64,000 nucleotides of DNA from Patescibacteria group bacterium (GTDB lineage: Bacteria > Patescibacteriota > Minisyncoccia > Phycocordibacterales > CSBR16-119): contig JAUPTX010000002.1 of NCBI GenBank assembly GCA_030917865.1, forward strand, positions 40-64,039, read 5' to 3'. Numbering within the stretch: position 1 is the stretch's first letter; each line of letters opens with the position of its first letter. The notes beneath the pieces were generated by a model. That model had not been told where the DNA came from and ran no database searches. It worked only from the letters and a program-made list of their open reading frames with translations. This document shows, in pieces, positions 60,741 to 64,000 of this stretch. The translations under genes were made by a program, and so were the position numbers.

Positions 60741-62732
60741 CTATTTTTTTATACCAAGGGCTTTAAGAAAAGCTTTATTGTTTGGCTTTCTTCCTAGGAA
60801 ATCTTTCATATATTCGAATTCATCCATACTTCCACCTTTTGACAGAACCTTATCTCTTAATTCTTTTCCTACTTTTTTATTTAAAAGACCAGATTCTTCA
60901 AATCTAGAAAATATGTCGTATGAATAGATCAAAGAAATAGAATACGCATAATAACTCGAAGCATATCCAACCATGTGCCCCCAACTTGCAGGAAAAAGAC
61001 TTTTTGGTGAAGAATCTCTCATTCCATATTTTTTGAATATTTTCTTTGCATAGCCCATTAAATCCTTAATCTTTTTACCATAATGATAATCTAGATCTAA
61101 AACACCAAGTAGCATTGTATAGTGATATTTTTCAGCATTAAAATCCTCTCGTAAAGATTTTATTGATCCAACAATCTCTTCGCTTACTGATTCACCTGTT
61201 TTATAGTGTTTTGATATCTTTTTCATTAACCCTAAATCATTAAACCAATTCTCAAAAAGCTGTGAAGGTGTTTCAACAAAATCAAAATCTGTATCCGTTC
61301 CAGACTGACTCTCAAAAGTTGCCCTAGTTAAAAGAGAGTGACACGAATGACCAAATTCATGAAATAGAGTTCTAACTTCATCACGAGATAAAAGAGACGG
61401 GTTTCCATTTTGACCTTTCGGGAAATTGCCAATAATTGTAGAGACCGGCATGGCGTAGTTTTTGTTTTTTGGATAATCTAAATAATAACCAGGCATAATA
61501 CCCCAAGAACACATATGAGAATATTTCCCATCCCTTGGAAACATATCAAGAATTAAAATTCCAATTTTTTTATTTTTTTCAACCAAATCATATATCATCA
61601 AATCCTCGTGCCAGAGCTTTAATTCTTTATTCTGAAGAAAAGATATGCTAAAAAGACTGCCAAACATATTAAACATTTGATCTAGAACATGGTTAAGTTC
61701 AAAATATTCTTTTATTTTTTGATCATCTAAATTATATTTTTCTTTTTTATACAATTCAGAATAATAGGAAGCGTCGTAATAGGTCGTTTTATCGCCCTTT
61801 TTACCGGTAATAGACGCCTTATAAGAATCTATCAACTTTTCAGACTCTAAATATTTTGGTTTTATTTTCTTCAAACTCTCCTCTAATATAATTCTTACAT
61901 TTTGCGGACTCTTAGACATTCTGTCTGACAAAACAAATTCAGAATAGTTTTTATAGCCAAGTATTTTAGCCTGCTTATTTCTTAACTCAAAAAGTTTTTC
62001 TAAAATTTTAATATTTTCTTTTCCACCCTTTAAACTATTTAAGTCCGCAAGTTCTTTTCTTTTTTTATCACTCTTTGCAAATCTCATAAACGGTCGATAA
62101 ACAGGATACGATGTATCCACTATATATTTCCCAGTCTTTTCATCTTTATGAAGAGAATTTACATATTCAGATGAAAGACCATCTAGATCTTTTTCAGTAC
62201 AAAGAATTTGTTTTTTAAAATTATTAAGATTTGAGCTAAATTTAGAACCCAAACTTATTTGTTCTTTAATAATATTTTTTAGTTCTTTTTGTTTTTCTTC
62301 TGAAAGTTGAAAACCGGCTTTTTTATAAAAATCATTCTGATCTCTATAAAGCTCTTTTTCAGCAGTAGATAGTTTTTCTTTTTTAGGATTATATTCCTTA
62401 AAAGCTCTGTATAGATCTTTATCATAAATCAAATCTGTCATTTTTTCTGAGATTTCAGTAAAATATTTTTTACCTGCCTCCCTTTGTTCTTTGTTTGAGC
62501 TTACATAAAAAAGAACCTCGGCAAAAATAGAATCTATTCCAGAATCTAATTGACCAGCTTTTTCGTAGGCATAGATTGTGTTTAAAAAGTTTCTATCTTT
62601 TTTAGGAATAGATTTTATCTTTTCTAAATCTTGTTTTGTTTTTTCAAAAACCATTTCTAGGTTTTTCTTTATATCTTCAGGACTCCAATTTATCCATTCA
62701 AAATCTTTTTGTGTCTTTGGTATTATTTTCAT
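60741..62732 (-). CDS. pepF: M3-family oligoendopeptidase (PepF-like)
   Basis: Zinc-binding HEFGHSCH (HExxH) within an M3B-like architecture. 663 aa. Confidence 0.8.
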   Translation of the reverse strand: MKIIPKTQKDFEWINWSPEDIKKNLEMVFEKTKQDLEKIKSIPKKDRNFLNTIYAYEKAGQLDSGIDSIFAEVLFYVSSNKEQREAGKKYFTEISEKMTDLIYDKDLYRAFKEYNPKKEKLSTAEKELYRDQNDFYKKAGFQLSEEKQKELKNIIKEQISLGSKFSSNLNNFKKQILCTEKDLDGLSSEYVNSLHKDEKTGKYIVDTSYPVYRPFMRFAKSDKKRKELADLNSLKGGKENIKILEKLFELRNKQAKILGYKNYSEFVLSDRMSKSPQNVRIILEESLKKIKPKYLESEKLIDSYKASITGKKGDKTTYYDASYYSELYKKEKYNLDDQKIKEYFELNHVLDQMFNMFGSLFSISFLQNKELKLWHEDLMIYDLVEKNKKIGILILDMFPRDGKYSHMCSWGIMPGYYLDYPKNKNYAMPVSTIIGNFPKGQNGNPSLLSRDEVRTLFHEFGHSCHSLLTRATFESQSGTDTDFDFVETPSQLFENWFNDLGLMKKISKHYKTGESVSEEIVGSIKSLREDFNAEKYHYTMLLGVLDLDYHYGKKIKDLMGYAKKIFKKYGMRDSSPKSLFPASWGHMVGYASSYYAYSISLIYSYDIFSRFEESGLLNKKVGKELRDKVLSKGGSMDEFEYMKDFLGRKPNNKAFLKALGIKK

Positions 62733-62756
62733 ATCCGCTTATCTTAAAATTAATTG

Positions 62757-62827
62757 TCGGGAAGCCGGGAATCGAACCCGGGCCACACCCACCCCATGGG
62801 TGCACACTACCACTGTGCTACATCCCG
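62757..62827 (-). tRNA. probable tRNA-Pro (anticodon GGG) with non-canonical features (U6-U66 mismatch, short D-stem, no position 26)
   Basis: The minus strand reads CGGGATG-TA-GCACAGTGGTAGTGTG-CACCC-ATGGGGT-GGGTG-TGGC-CCGGGTTCGATTCCCGG-CTTCCCG-A. It has a canonical T-arm (GGTTCGATTCC) and D-loop (AGTGGTAG). The anticodon loop is AT-GGG-GT. Should be confirmed with tRNAscan-SE. Confidence 0.55.
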
Positions 62828-62850
62828 CCCTTTCGGGATTTTGTTTTATT
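62821..62850 (+). other. plus-strand-oriented hairpin with T-run (ATCCCG-CCCTTT-CGGGAT + TTTGTTTTATT) overlapping the tRNA-Pro 5' end; no plus-strand gene upstream
   Basis: Seen directly. Confidence 0.3.
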
Positions 62851-63445
62851 AAGAATTTTTTATGATCTCCTCAACCTTATTCCAATTCACCACATTCCAA
62901 AAATCTGAAACATAGTCAGCTCTTTTGTTTTGATGTTTTAAATAATACGCATGCTCCCAAACATCGATCCCAAGAATCGGGATACCTTTTTCTTTTGCAT
63001 CGTCCATGAGTGGATTGTCTTGTAGAGATGTTTGAACTATTTTCAAAATACCATCTTGTTTAATAAGCCAAACCCACCCAGAACCAAAAAGACTCAGCGC
63101 CGACTCTGTAAATTTATTTTTAAATTCATCGAAACTCCCAAAATCTTTTTCAACTGATTTAGCAAAAATCTCTCCTGGCGCACCACCATATTTTGATAGA
63201 ATCTCCCAAAAGAAAGAATGGTTCCAGTGACCGCCGGCATTATTGCGAACTACTCTTTCAAGCCCTGACACACTCGAGAGAATTTCTTCTATGGATTTTT
63301 GTTCCAATTCTGTTCCCTCTATGGCTCTATTTAATTTATCTACATATCCACCATGATGCTTTGTATGGTGTATTTCAATTGTTTTTGCATCAATAAAAGG
63401 CTCTAACGCATCATATTCATATTTTAATTTTGGTAATTCAAACAT
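62849..63445 (-). CDS. sodA: Fe/Mn superoxide dismutase
   Basis: HHTKHHGGYVDKLN, and metal ligands in the DVWEHAYY motif. Confidence 0.95.
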   Translation of the reverse strand: MFELPKLKYEYDALEPFIDAKTIEIHHTKHHGGYVDKLNRAIEGTELEQKSIEEILSSVSGLERVVRNNAGGHWNHSFFWEILSKYGGAPGEIFAKSVEKDFGSFDEFKNKFTESALSLFGSGWVWLIKQDGILKIVQTSLQDNPLMDDAKEKGIPILGIDVWEHAYYLKHQNKRADYVSDFWNVVNWNKVEEIIKNS

Positions 63446-63497
63446 GTTGCCATTATAACAAAAATCCCAAACCTTTAAAGAGTTTAGGATTTTTTGA

Positions 63498-63914
63498 TTA
63501 TTTTTTAAGAGAGTCTCTTATTTCCATCAATACATCTAATTCTGATGGGCCTTTTGGAGACGGATTTTCTGCCTCTTTTTTCTTTAATTTATTCATCCCC
63601 TTAATAACAAAAAATAGCGCTAGTGCTACAACTAAAAAAGCAATGAATGCGTTTATAAAAGCCCCAAGCGCTAAAACAGAGGCCCCGGCCTCACGAGCAA
63701 CAGATAAAGATGTGAGAGTTTCTCCTGTTGGATTTCTCAAAATCAAGAAAAGATTGCTAAAATCTGGCAACTTTAAAAGACCAGAAATCACAGGCATCAC
63801 AACATCATCAACTAAAGATTTGACCACGGTTCCAAAAGCGCCTCCGATTATAATACCGACAGCCAAGTCGATCATATTTCCCTTCATTGCAAATTCTTTA
63901 AATTCCTTTAACAT
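63498..63914 (-). CDS. mscL: large-conductance mechanosensitive channel
   Basis: MLKEFKEFAMKGNMIDLAVGIIIGGAFGTVVKSLVDDVVMPVI. Confidence 0.9.
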   Translation of the reverse strand: MLKEFKEFAMKGNMIDLAVGIIIGGAFGTVVKSLVDDVVMPVISGLLKLPDFSNLFLILRNPTGETLTSLSVAREAGASVLALGAFINAFIAFLVVALALFFVIKGMNKLKKKEAENPSPKGPSELDVLMEIRDSLKK

Positions 63915-63957
63915 GTGAATATAACTAACTTTTAATAGTTTAATTATACTGAATTTT

Positions 63958-64000
63958 GGAGGCGTCGCATAGCGGTCTAGTGCACCATCTTGGAAAGGTG
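63958..64000 (+). tRNA. 5' part of a type II tRNA, probably tRNA-Ser (anticodon GGA), cut by the window edge
   Basis: GGAGGCG-TC-GCA-TAGCGGTCTAG-TGC-A-CCATC-TTGGAAA-GGTG... It has a Ser-type D-arm (3-bp stem, 11-nt loop xAGCGGTxxAx) and an anticodon loop with U33, GGA and A37. The rest lies outside the window. Confidence 0.5.

Noticed and set aside
1-64000. CRISPR arrays, integrases, transposases, restriction-modification or other recognisable defence systems
   Set aside because: I scanned for regularly spaced direct repeats, for tyrosine- or serine-recombinase and DDE motifs, and for methyltransferase motifs. None were found. The only repeats are protein-coding FG-GAP blades and terminator palindromes.

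Overview
This 64 kb window is an AT-rich (about one-third GC by eye), tightly packed bacterial chromosomal segment dominated by core housekeeping genes, mostly on the minus strand. Core genes, in window order: uvrC, uvrA, uvrB, tgt, mreC, mreB, proS, rpsB-tsf, a dnaG-rpoD operon, rpoB-rpoC, the ribosomal/tRNA-modification operon rpsP/KH-protein/trmD, rnr, an SMC-like ATPase, rnc, a NusB-Nudix fusion, rpmF, thrS, gyrB, pheS/pheT, trhO, a UvrD-type helicase-nuclease, an M3 oligoendopeptidase, sodA and mscL. There are tRNA-Ala(TGC), tRNA-Thr(TGT), a probable tRNA-Pro(GGG) and a truncated tRNA-Ser(GGA) at the 3' edge. Many conserved proteins are unusually short (PheS 231 aa, PheT 604 aa, UvrC 402 aa without a helix-hairpin-helix tail, ProS 418 aa, ThrS 590 aa), and several conserved genes are fused or degenerate. 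With the absence of biosynthetic genes, this suggests a reduced-genome lineage such as Candidate Phyla Radiation/Patescibacteria (inference only). The most unusual signal is a recurring set of small, visibly GC-richer (about 45-50% by eye) transcription units in intergenic gaps between housekeeping operons. Each has a near-consensus sigma70-like promoter containing TTGACAA, a short ORF and a GC-rich intrinsic terminator, several ending in GGG(G)CTTCTTCTTTT. Four appear in one form or another: two overlapping tiny membrane-peptide genes missed by the ORF track (7848..8170), single-ORF cassettes at 10381..10614 and 15700..15933, and a signal-peptide protein at 48225..48731. A murD C-terminal gene fragment at 45388..45954 and an ORF pair at 56420..57334 are also GC-rich. 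A GC-rich, apparently non-coding structured element lies upstream of rnr (34328..34510). Other notable items: an AT-rich gene of unknown function inserted inside the pheS-pheT operon, a tri-domain cell-wall enzyme fusion (S11 DD-carboxypeptidase + M15/VanY + CapA-like), a DnaG whose zinc ribbon lacks its zinc ligands, a lysine-rich N-terminal tail on RpoD, and a long imperfect inverted repeat abutting the proS start codon. Large secreted proteins include an FG-GAP repeat protein cut by the 5' edge and a 1049-aa HExxH surface protein. No CRISPR array, integrase, transposase or recognisable defence system was seen.
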